Positions 48,239 to 57,172 of a DNA stretch of 64,000 nt are shown here, one piece after another. Origin of the DNA: Anaerolineaceae bacterium (GTDB taxonomy: Bacteria; Chloroflexota; Anaerolineae; Anaerolineales; Anaerolineaceae); assembly GCA_040767065.1 (NCBI GenBank), contig JAXGPH010000003.1, positions 8,686 through 72,685 of the forward strand, written 5' to 3'. Under the pieces are notes generated by a model, which had not been told where the DNA came from, did not search any database, and saw only the letters and a program-made list of their open reading frames with translations. How positions within the stretch are numbered: the first letter of the stretch is position 1; the number at the start of each line of letters is the position of its first letter. The translations under genes were made by a program, and so were the position numbers.

Positions 48239-49003
48239 CTATACTGGTGCAAGCGTACCTGCGAAAATCATCCAGGCGAGTGCCGTCTTGGAAGTCAGGC
48301 TGAGGATGATGTAGGCTCTCTCGCCCACGAGATAATCCTTCCAGGCGCCAACTTTTTTGTACTGCAGGATCATGTTGATCGCAAAGGAATTGAAGAAAAC
48401 GAAAATGGTCGGAATGATCGCGTAAACGAACGTCGGCGGCTTAGCTCCTGAGGAGTTGATGGCGCTAAGGAAGTAGATCATGATCACAACCCAGGGAATG
48501 ATCCCCGCCACACTGCCATAAACAAAGGAAAGCCAGTTGGTTTTCTTGGTGTACTGGTTGTGGTACTCCATCATGATGCCAAACAAGTTCATGGTTGCGT
48601 TCAGGAAGAACACCAGGATAATGCTTCCCAGATCCCAGATGCCAACCAGCTGCCCGATCAGGACGATCATCAGAGATGAGCTGAGCGCATACTCGTAGAA
48701 GCGAATAGGATTCATGTTGCGATCAAGGAAGCTGGTGTAGCGCTTGTAGCCGATGGTAGAGATATAAAAATGCGCCACGGCAGAAATCAGCAAAAAGATC
48801 GCCACTGCAATGCCAAACGGAACTTCCCAGAAAAGCTTGGGGTCAGGAACGAGCTTTCGGGTTTCAAGATTGAAGGTCAGAAAATTGGTAAAGATTGGAT
48901 AAGTTGTGTCATTGCTGAGCACAATCATGAGTACGCCCTGAATAAGATGCAGGAAGCCTATGAGCAGGTTGAACTTACGTAAGCCTTGATATTTTGTTTC
49001 CAT
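48239..49003 (-). CDS. heliorhodopsin
   Basis: 7 TM segments. TM1 is LRKFNLLIGFLHLIQGVLM. TM3 is NPIRFYEYALSSSLMIVLI, with Glu at the counterion position. TM7 is ILSLTSKTALAWMIFAGTLAP, with the Schiff-base Lys. IIPW and FFNSFAINMILQYKK segments are also present. Confidence 0.85.
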   Translation of the reverse strand: METKYQGLRKFNLLIGFLHLIQGVLMIVLSNDTTYPIFTNFLTFNLETRKLVPDPKLFWEVPFGIAVAIFLLISAVAHFYISTIGYKRYTSFLDRNMNPIRFYEYALSSSLMIVLIGQLVGIWDLGSIILVFFLNATMNLFGIMMEYHNQYTKKTNWLSFVYGSVAGIIPWVVIMIYFLSAINSSGAKPPTFVYAIIPTIFVFFNSFAINMILQYKKVGAWKDYLVGERAYIILSLTSKTALAWMIFAGTLAPV

Positions 49004-49300
49004 ATAATCCTCGTTATTAAATTTTATTGTATAAGATTAATTATTAAAATTTTATTACTTTGGCGTTTTTGTACAATAGCTTGTACATAGATTGTGGGTT
49101 GATTCAATGATCAAAAGGTGAGCAAATCGTACCCCTTCGCAAGGTGCAAAACATCACGAACCTCGGGTTATTCATAGTAAAATAATCCGAAGAACAAAAC
49201 GACACCTGCTGTAACCTCCAAGTGACATAGAGAAGGAGTTTTTGCTCACGAAAGGTTGATCGGCAAATCGTTTTGCGGTAGCTTTTGTGAAAGAATCTGA

Positions 49301-50404
49301 ATGGATTACGATGTCATCATTATTGGTGGCGGGCTCTCAGGCTTGACAGCAGCAAGTTTGCTTGCAAAACGGCAGGTGAAAGTTGCGGTAATTGATAAAA
49401 ATTAAAACCCGGGCGGCTCTTGCGGCATTTTCAAGCGGGGTTCTGTGACCTTCGACCAGGGTTCCGCCATGCTATACGGCTTTGGCAAAAGCGGCTTCAA
49501 CAGCTACCGGTTCGTGTTCAACTGCCTCGAAGAACCCATCGACGTGATCCGGCATGATTTATTGTACTGCGTCAATTATCAAGACCAGAGAATTTTCTTC
49601 TGGTCGGATGTGGACAAATTTGCGGACGAACTGGCAAAGATCTTTCCATCAGAAAAGGAAAACATTCATCGCTTCTATCGCGACATGACTAGGATGTGCC
49701 AGCATGTCATGCTAGAAACGCCCAGCTACACAACTCCTGACGAAACCGATCCGAAACAAGGGCTGAAAAGCCTCCTGAAACACCCAATTTCCTATGCCAA
49801 ATTCCTGGGGTACCTGAATAAAAGCGCCCGTAGTTTGCTCCAAAAATACTTTAAGGATCCGGAGATTTTCAACTTTTTTGACAAACTCATCTCCACTTAT
49901 TGCTATGCCACCGTTGAGGAAGCCCTCGCAGTCCTGGCAGCCGTTATGTTCGTGGATAACCACATCGGAGGCAGCTACTATCCCGCCGGCTCCACCCTCT
50001 TCCTCCCGGGAAAGCTCGAGAAAGTCATTGAAGAAAATGGCGGCAACATACTCCTGGACCGCGAAGTTTTGAGCATCCTTTTTGAGGACGAGAACCCAAC
50101 AGGTGTGATGCTGAACGACGGAACAGAGCTAAGAGCACCGAACTTGATCTACTTGGGCACGATCTGGAACCTGTTCGGCAAGCTTATCGACCCTACCAAC
50201 ACCGCGCAAGTTCAGCGCGACTGGGCGAAAAGCATGGTACCCACCTACCCAAGCGTAGTGCTCTGTGCCGTCGTCGAGCGTGAGGTCATCCCTGCGGATA
50301 CCCTGCCGATTGAGATGCTGGTTGGCAACCCGGAGAAGCTTGACGACACGAATTTGGACGAGTTGGACAAAAGGATCAGCATCGCCAAGAGCGAAGATTT
50401 CTAG
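49301..50404 (+). pseudogene. CrtI/phytoene-desaturase-family FAD oxidoreductase with an in-frame TAA and a missing C-terminal third
   Basis: Rossmann N-terminus MDYDVIIIGGGLSGLTAASLLAKRQVKVAVIDKN, a stop at 49403-49405, then NPGGSCGIF in the same frame. The ORF ends at ISIAKSEDF after about 368 codons, where family members usually continue for another ~120 aa. Confidence 0.6.
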
Positions 50405-50473
50405 AAAGCTCACTCCGTTAATTTGATCAATTCTTTCAACCAACTGAACCGATAAACCAAGCGCAAGCAACCT

Positions 50474-50518
50474 ATAGAGCTTGGGAAGCACTTTTGCTTG
50501 CTGCTTCCCAAGCTCTAT
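50474..50518. repeat. perfect 17-bp-stem hairpin
   Basis: atagagcttgggaagca - 11 nt loop - tgcttcccaagctctat, between the truncated crtI-like gene and the DUF2974 remnant. Confidence 0.6.
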
Positions 50519-50622
50519 TGATTTTAATATTTTGAAGAAGAAATATTAAATCTTCCTATCGAATTTGATTTTCAGAATGCTCAGCAATCGAATGGTTCAC
50601 CACCAAATTGCTGTTAATCCAG

Positions 50623-51755
50623 TTACAATTTTTCCCTAAGCGCTTTTAAGATGGTATCCAATGCCTGATCTTTGATTGAGGCAAGCACATCCGACAACAT
50701 TTTTCTAGTCTCTTCATCAAGATCGGATACATTCTTGATGACCTTGCCGATATCTTTGAGACTCTCTTTCGGGTCGATCGTTTTTCCTTCCGAAGCGCCC
50801 AGCACATCAAATAAAGCATCGATGAAGGCTTTGCGACGCTCCAGGGTTAGCTGCGCAAGCCACTTCTCGACGGTTTCTTCAAACAACTTTGTCGTTTCAG
50901 ATAACTCCCCACTCAGGAACTCAGACTGCTCTATGCCCCATGTTACCGGGTTGTGCTGGAATAGATGGTGGGCTGTACTGCTGATTACGTTCCGTTTGCC
51001 AACTGTATCAAGGAGGACACCAACAATGGATTCCTCGGGCACATAATTAACCACTTTTTGCTCGCATTTGGAAAAGGAGGAACGAGAAAGTATTGAGAAG
51101 TTAAAACCGGGACCGTCAAAGTTTAACTATACGTGACAAACGTGACTGCTTGATGCCTTTCAGGCGTGAAGCAGCATACACCGCCAGGTTGCCGCCTTTG
51201 GAATGTCCGCACACAGTCCTTTACCAGAGAGAACACTAATCTCACGATTAAGATATTCGAACCGGTCCTGCGCCGGCACTTCTTTCATATAAGCCAACTC
51301 GAAATTTTCCTTCCAGCCGATAAGGGTTCTGTCGGTACCTCGGAATGCGATTACTTTTTCCGTTGGGCATCTGGTAATGAGTAGGTAATCGCGGCAAATT
51401 GCTGTTCAACAGGAAAATCAGTTTTCTCAACAAAGTGGGATAATCGTATTTTGGCATAGCGTGTTGATTTTGATGTCATTTTCAACATCTGGATTAATTC
51501 CTGGTCCATAGAAGGGCTGACAGTCAGACCAATATTTTCAGGATCTTCTTTGTGTGATGGATGCTCTGAAAAATAGCTCTCCGCGGTTTCTTCAAGAGTA
51601 ATTTTCCCTTTGTCATTTACGCCTGGCACAATATCCTTAAAAGGCAGGTAACTGAGCATAGACAGAATGAGCGCATCGACGTCATTGAAAGGATCTTTCG
51701 AAAAATCTAAATCCCCAGACGATTTGAGATAATCCAGCACCGTTCCCATATTCAT
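50623..51755 (-). pseudogene. DUF2974 (Mbeg1-like alpha/beta hydrolase) gene with at least 3 frameshifts
   Basis: The N-terminus MGTVLDYLKSSGDLDFSKDPFNDVDALILSMLSYL is in ORF 51351..51755. VIAFRGTDRTLIGWKENF, GHSKGGNLAVYAAS and FDGPGF follow in shifted frames. The C-terminal part is ORF 50623..51054. Confidence 0.65.
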
Positions 51756-51890
51756 GCTCCAAATTTAATCATACCGAAAATCCGCGTCAAAAATATTTTA
51801 CAACCATCATACCTTAAGGGGGATGATAGTTATAAGAAATTAGTGCATGTTTTAACCAAAAACGACCAGAAATGGTCGTTTGGAAAATAG

Positions 51891-51962
<72 letters not shown>

Positions 51963-52111
51963 TCGGAAGTCCGCGTATATAACAAAATTTTGTCTTTGTC
52001 AAATCCAATTAACCAAAAGATTACCCAAAAGATCATCAATGAGGCTGCAGACTTTCTGCAGCCTTACGATTCAGTATCGAGTAAACACCCATTCAGTCTT
52101 TAGCAACCCTC

Positions 52112-54643
52112 TTACTGGCTGCGCAGTACGGCGCCAAATACGGTTTTAGTCTGTTTAACGATCCGGTTGCGAATGTTCAGAGCATCTTTATCGGTCAGGG
52201 TGCGGTCAAACGCCTGGTAAGTCAGCTGGTAAGCCAGGCTCTTCTTGCCCGCTCCCAACCTGGCATCCCGGTAAACGTCAAACAGCTTCACATCTACCAG
52301 CAATTTTCCGCCAGCCTGCCAGATCAACGCCTCCAGCTCATCCGCCGACACGTTCTCATCAACAATCAGGGCAATATCCTCGACCATCGCCGGAAAGCTC
52401 GAAATTGCCCGGTTGGTGAAGACCGCATTACTCAACCTGACCAATGCCTCTCCATCAAACTCAGCCACCAGCACAGGGTTCTGCCCGAAGGTGTAGTTTT
52501 TCTTGACCTGCGGGTGAAGTTCGCCCATGACGCCCAGGATTTCTTCCCCTACTCTTACCTCAGCACACTTGCCGGGGTGAAAACTGGGGTGTGCGGTTGC
52601 CTGGAATTTGACCCCCTCCAGGTGCAGACCGTCCAAAAGCGCTTCCACGACGCCCTTCAGGTCAAAGAAATCCATCGCCGGGCTTTGGGGTCGGTCCCAA
52701 CTCGCCACATTCCATGCACCCGTCATGCCAATGCTCAAGCGCAGTGCCTCATGGGGCAGGATTTCATCCCTAACCGGCAAAAAGACCGGCCCCAATTCAA
52801 ATAGTGCCAACCCCGGTCTGAACTTAGTGTTGTACTCCAGAAACTCAAGCATGGTTGCTGTGGCACTGCGGCGCATGACCGTGCGCTCGGGTGTGATTGG
52901 GTTCTTGAGGCGCACATATGCCAGCCCTTCCGGCGCTTTCCTGCCGACATAGATCCTTGCTTCGCGCTCGGGTGAGGTCTGGCGGTACGCCAGAGTGTCC
53001 TGCAAACCAATCGAAACCAAAATATCGCGGATGCGTTCCTCGGCTTCCAGTTTGGGGTTGCCAACCTGGGGAGGAAGCTCGTCGCTCAGGCGCTTCTCGG
53101 CGATTCGCTCATACCCATAGATACGGGCGATCTCTTCGATCAGGTTTCTTTGCCCGATAATCCCAGTTTCGATGTCCGTGCGTGTTGCCGGGCTCTTTGC
53201 TACAAGTTCACTGCCTTCCATCCAGCAGGTGAATCCCAGCCTTTCAAGAATCCGGGTAGATTCTTCCAGCGAAATCTCCTGGCCCAGCACTCCTGCAATA
53301 TTTTCAGCAGATATGCGGTTGACTGCATCAACATAGGGTTTGCCGTATAAGTCCAGTACGCCCTGCACCACCTCTCCGCCGCCCCACTCCTGCACTCGTT
53401 TCAGGCACAGGCTCAATGCAGTTTCTGCCAGCGCCGGATGGACATCGCGGCTGAAGCGATAAGCGGCTTCGCTGTTGATGCGGGTTTTGCTCAGGGTTTT
53501 GCGCAGGTTGATGAAGTTCCAGTTCGCCGACTCTATCAGCAGGTTGCGCGTTTCCGCATGGACGCCCGTTTCACTGCCGCCCATCACACCCGCGATGGAA
53601 AGCGGTCCAACGGTGTCGGTCACCAGTTCTATTTGCGTGTCAAGCTGCAGCTCAGATCCATCCAGCAGGGTGATCTTTTCGCCCTCGTAAGCCGTGCGGG
53701 TGATAATGGTCGGCTTGCCGCCCGCCCGCTTCCGCAGCGCGTCGTAATCGAAGGCATGCAAGGGCTGACCAATCTCGAGCATGGTGTAGTTGGTGGCATC
53801 CACCAGGGCATCAATCGGGCGCATCCCCGCCAGCGAAAGCCGCCGCCGCACCCAGTAGGGGCTTTTGCGGGATTGCGTTTCTTCCACCATCCCCAGCATA
53901 AAGCGCGGGTTCAGCTCGGGGTTGCGCACTTCCAAGCCAACCTTCTCCTCGATTGCTCCCCCTTTTTCCAGGGCAACCCCCTCAGGTAAGCGCAGTGGTC
54001 TTCCTAAAACCGCTGAGAGTTCCCGCGCGATGCCCAAAATGGACGCATCTCTTGCCATATTTGGCAGAATTGCAACCTCATAGACCACATCGCCCATGTA
54101 ATCCACCAGAGGCATGCCAACTGGAGCATCCGCGTCCAGTTCGATAATGCCCTCGTGTTCTTCCGAAATGCCCAGTTCTTTTTCCGAACAGATCATCGAG
54201 CGCGATTCAACCCCGCGGATGGTTGTCTTTTTGAGTTTCGTCATAACCTGTCCAGGCTGATGCCCGTCGTAAAGCAGTGCTCCTTCGCGGGCGTATGCTA
54301 CTTTGATCGGCTGTTCCAGCCTTCCCCTGCCGAGGTAAGGCAACATATTCGGTGCCCCGGTCAGAACAGTTGTGATCCCTGTGCCGTCATTCAGCTCGCA
54401 GAGTGTCAGACGGTCTGCGTTGGGGTGTTGATTTACCTCCACCACCTCTGCCACCACAAATTTTTCCTTATCCCAGGACAAGCCGGCGTATTTATTCTTC
54501 AGGTTGCCTTCAGGCTTTTCCACGCCGACCAACTGCACGCTTTCCACTTCCAGACCGACATTGGTCAGAAGGTTGGCGAGTTCTTCAATGCCAACCCCTC
54601 CCAGATCGATGTAATCTTTGAGCCAACTTAAGGGTGCTTTCAT
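52112..54643 (-). CDS. pheT: phenylalanine--tRNA ligase beta subunit
   Basis: 843 aa. MKAPLSWLKDYIDL start, then tRNA-binding, B3/4, B5 and FDX-ACB domain order. Confidence 0.95.
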   Translation of the reverse strand: MKAPLSWLKDYIDLGGVGIEELANLLTNVGLEVESVQLVGVEKPEGNLKNKYAGLSWDKEKFVVAEVVEVNQHPNADRLTLCELNDGTGITTVLTGAPNMLPYLGRGRLEQPIKVAYAREGALLYDGHQPGQVMTKLKKTTIRGVESRSMICSEKELGISEEHEGIIELDADAPVGMPLVDYMGDVVYEVAILPNMARDASILGIARELSAVLGRPLRLPEGVALEKGGAIEEKVGLEVRNPELNPRFMLGMVEETQSRKSPYWVRRRLSLAGMRPIDALVDATNYTMLEIGQPLHAFDYDALRKRAGGKPTIITRTAYEGEKITLLDGSELQLDTQIELVTDTVGPLSIAGVMGGSETGVHAETRNLLIESANWNFINLRKTLSKTRINSEAAYRFSRDVHPALAETALSLCLKRVQEWGGGEVVQGVLDLYGKPYVDAVNRISAENIAGVLGQEISLEESTRILERLGFTCWMEGSELVAKSPATRTDIETGIIGQRNLIEEIARIYGYERIAEKRLSDELPPQVGNPKLEAEERIRDILVSIGLQDTLAYRQTSPEREARIYVGRKAPEGLAYVRLKNPITPERTVMRRSATATMLEFLEYNTKFRPGLALFELGPVFLPVRDEILPHEALRLSIGMTGAWNVASWDRPQSPAMDFFDLKGVVEALLDGLHLEGVKFQATAHPSFHPGKCAEVRVGEEILGVMGELHPQVKKNYTFGQNPVLVAEFDGEALVRLSNAVFTNRAISSFPAMVEDIALIVDENVSADELEALIWQAGGKLLVDVKLFDVYRDARLGAGKKSLAYQLTYQAFDRTLTDKDALNIRNRIVKQTKTVFGAVLRSQ

Positions 54644-54654
54644 CTCATCTCCTC

Positions 54655-55689
54655 TTAGAACTGTTCCAGAAAGCGGATGTCGTTATTGCGGAAGTGGCGA
54701 ATATCATCAATGTGATAGCGCATCAGGGTTGAGCGATCGATGCCCATGCCGGCAGCAAAACCGGAATAGACCTCCGGGTTATATCCACCGTACTGAAGCA
54801 CTGTCGGATGCACCATACCGCAGCCAAGGATTTCCAGCCAGCCGGTGCCCTTGCAGACGCCACAGCCTTCCCCGCCGCAGACAAAGCATTCCACATCCAT
54901 TTCGGCGCTGGGTTCTGTAAATGGGAAGAAGGACGGTCGCAGACGCGTGCGCGCGTTCTCGCCAAAGGTTCTGCGGGCAAAGTCGTTGAGCGTGCCGCGC
55001 ATATCGGCAAAGGTAATGCCCTTGCCCACCACCAGTAGCTCCACTTGAATAAACTCAATTTCCGAGCGGGCTGTCAGTTGCTCATAACGCATGGTGGTGC
55101 CCGGCAGGATGACGCGGATATTTTCCGGTGCTCTTTCGCGCATCACTCGCACCTGTCCTGGCGAGGTATGCGTGCGCAGCAAAACGCCTTCCTTATCGGT
55201 ATAGAAGGTGTCCCACATGTCCCGTGCCGGATGATAAGGGGGCATGTTCAAAAAGGTGAAGTTATAATCTTCAGTTTCCACTTCGGGCGAGCGGTAAATC
55301 TGAAAGCCCATTTCGCCAAAGACTTTGTAGATTTGGCGCAGGGTCTGATGCAGCGGGTGGATCCTCCCGCGGCGAGGTTTGCGCCCAGGCAGGGTTACAT
55401 CCAGGGTTTCTTTGATAAGAGCTTCCTGCTGGCTGGCGGCTTTGATACTTTCTTCTTTTTCAGCCAGGGCTGCCTCCAGCCCTGTTTTTGTCTGGTTCAC
55501 GGCTTTACCGATGATCGGGCGCTCTTCTTTGGCGATCTTTCCCATTGAGCCGTAGACCTGCATCACCAGCGACTTTTTCCCAAGGAACTCCTGTTTCCAG
55601 GCTTCCAGCGATTCTACGTTCGCAACAGTCTGCAGTGCTTCAATCCCGCGCGTCAGTTCCGCCTGCAACTTTCCTTCAATTTCTAACAT
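54655..55689 (-). CDS. pheS: phenylalanine--tRNA ligase alpha subunit
   Basis: HPLHQT, class II motifs including FRPSFFPFTEPSAE and GFAAGMGIDR. Confidence 0.95.
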   Translation of the reverse strand: MLEIEGKLQAELTRGIEALQTVANVESLEAWKQEFLGKKSLVMQVYGSMGKIAKEERPIIGKAVNQTKTGLEAALAEKEESIKAASQQEALIKETLDVTLPGRKPRRGRIHPLHQTLRQIYKVFGEMGFQIYRSPEVETEDYNFTFLNMPPYHPARDMWDTFYTDKEGVLLRTHTSPGQVRVMRERAPENIRVILPGTTMRYEQLTARSEIEFIQVELLVVGKGITFADMRGTLNDFARRTFGENARTRLRPSFFPFTEPSAEMDVECFVCGGEGCGVCKGTGWLEILGCGMVHPTVLQYGGYNPEVYSGFAAGMGIDRSTLMRYHIDDIRHFRNNDIRFLEQF

Positions 55690-55699
55690 TCTTCACCTC

Positions 55700-55965
55700 A
55701 TCTGTTTGCCATTCGGACAAAAAAATGCCCATCCGGATAAAGGGACGGGCAAAAAAGCCGTGGTACCACCCTTCTTGGCTGGCAGAGCCAGCCCTCTCAG
55801 GTCGTTCTGTAACGGGAACTCCCGGCGCGGACTACTTGCACATTGGTTTCACCCGCTCGACTCCTGAGGGAACTTCACCTTTCGCTTGCCTGACGCTGCT
55901 CTCAATCTCGACCGCGCCTCCCTGTTGGGGCTCTAAAGCCTACTTTCCTCACTCACCATCGTTCG
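55700..55965 (-). promoter_or_regulatory. T-box leader (Phe specifier candidate UUC) upstream of pheST
   Basis: The conserved T-box AAGAAGGGTGGTACCACGG is at 55758-55776 on the minus strand. Stem I elements TGAGAGCAGCG and GGGTGAAACC are present. UUC occurs in both candidate specifier-loop positions. A TATAAT box lies at 55970-55975. Confidence 0.8.
55718..55752 (-). terminator. T-box leader terminator
   Basis: The minus strand reads tgcccgtccctttatccggatgggca followed by a T7-8 run. Its 5' arm can alternatively pair with the T-box sequence. Confidence 0.7.
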
Positions 55966-56070
55966 CACTATTATAGAAGTTTTCAGAGGCATGGTCAAGG
56001 GTCTCCAGCAGCCTCAAGCCCTGGCATGTAAAAGCCGGGCTTTCACCCGGCTTCATACTCTGCAATCACT

Positions 56071-56838
56071 TTACATCGCGGCTTTGACAATCGCAATAAA
56101 AGACTCAGCCTTTAGACTCGCTCCGCCAATCAATCCGCCGTCGATGTCAGATTGACCAAACAGCTCTGCGGCGTTTCCGGGGTTCACCGAACCGCCGTAC
56201 AAAATGCGAATTCCGTCTCCTATCGTCTCGCCAAACATATCGCGCAGGATCGGGCGGATTACGTCCCTATGCACAGCGTTTGCGCCTTCAGGCGTGGCTG
56301 CCAGCCCGGTGCCTATCGCCCAGACGGGCTCATAGGCGATCACCACCTGCTCAGCCTGCTCCTGGTTTAGCCCTTGCAGGTCTGCCCGCATCTGACGGCT
56401 GACGACTTCGGCGGTAATGCCGCTATGGTTTTCCTCCAAAGTCTCACCCACGCACACAATCGGTTTCAGTCCGTGTGCCAATGCTGCCAAAACTTTCTTA
56501 TTGACGGTTTCATCCGTCTCGCCAAACATAGCGCGCCGCTCTGAGTGCCCCAAAATGACATACTCGCACAATTCTTTCAACATGGTCGGAGAAATTTCAC
56601 CGGTAAACGCGCCCGAGTCTGCCCAATGCATGTTTTGTGCTCCAAGCTTTATGGTCGATGCGTCCACCTCGCGTTTTGCGACCCCCAACCCCACAAACGG
56701 CGGGCAAATCACAACTTCCACCTCCTCCACGGCATGCAAAACAGGATACATTTCACGGATCAAGTCGCGGGTCTCAGACAACCCTTTGTTCATCTTCCAA
56801 TTGCCGGCAACCATTGGTGTTCTCATCAGTTTTACCAT
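56071..56838 (-). CDS. tpiA: triosephosphate isomerase
   Basis: AGNWKMN, ILGHSERR, AYEPVWAIGTG. The start may be the internal ATG at 56826. Confidence 0.9.
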   Translation of the reverse strand: MVKLMRTPMVAGNWKMNKGLSETRDLIREMYPVLHAVEEVEVVICPPFVGLGVAKREVDASTIKLGAQNMHWADSGAFTGEISPTMLKELCEYVILGHSERRAMFGETDETVNKKVLAALAHGLKPIVCVGETLEENHSGITAEVVSRQMRADLQGLNQEQAEQVVIAYEPVWAIGTGLAATPEGANAVHRDVIRPILRDMFGETIGDGIRILYGGSVNPGNAAELFGQSDIDGGLIGGASLKAESFIAIVKAAM

Positions 56839-57172
56839 CCTCCAAGATTTAGTGTTTCTATTTTATCATCAAGTTGCAGGGGGTTTGACATGATGAAATG
56901 TTGTTTATGTTGTTTATGATGGAAATAAGGAGAGCAGGCTATGTAAGGGTGTGTTGGCGTAAAGGAGCATGGGAATCAAGAGGGCGTTTAAAAACCAACC
57001 CGCCGGTTGAATGTGAGGAGTTTGCGTTGGCAGGTAGGCTCTCCCGAGCCAACGGTTGGTAAGGGTTATGTGACGCCAACCCACACAAGTAATACCGTCA
57101 AAATGATGCAAGCCATCTAAAATGGCGCATGCCTCAGTTATAATTCCCTCACTAATCATAAAGGAGTTAACC

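Noticed and set aside
49403-49405. The in-frame TAA (crtI-like) and TAG (47234-47236, DsrE-like), considered as evidence for stop-codon reassignment or pyrrolysine.
   Set aside because: Both codons are used as ordinary terminators by many clearly complete genes in this window. No recoding machinery is visible, and the crtI-like gene is also truncated. Nonsense mutations or base errors are simpler explanations.
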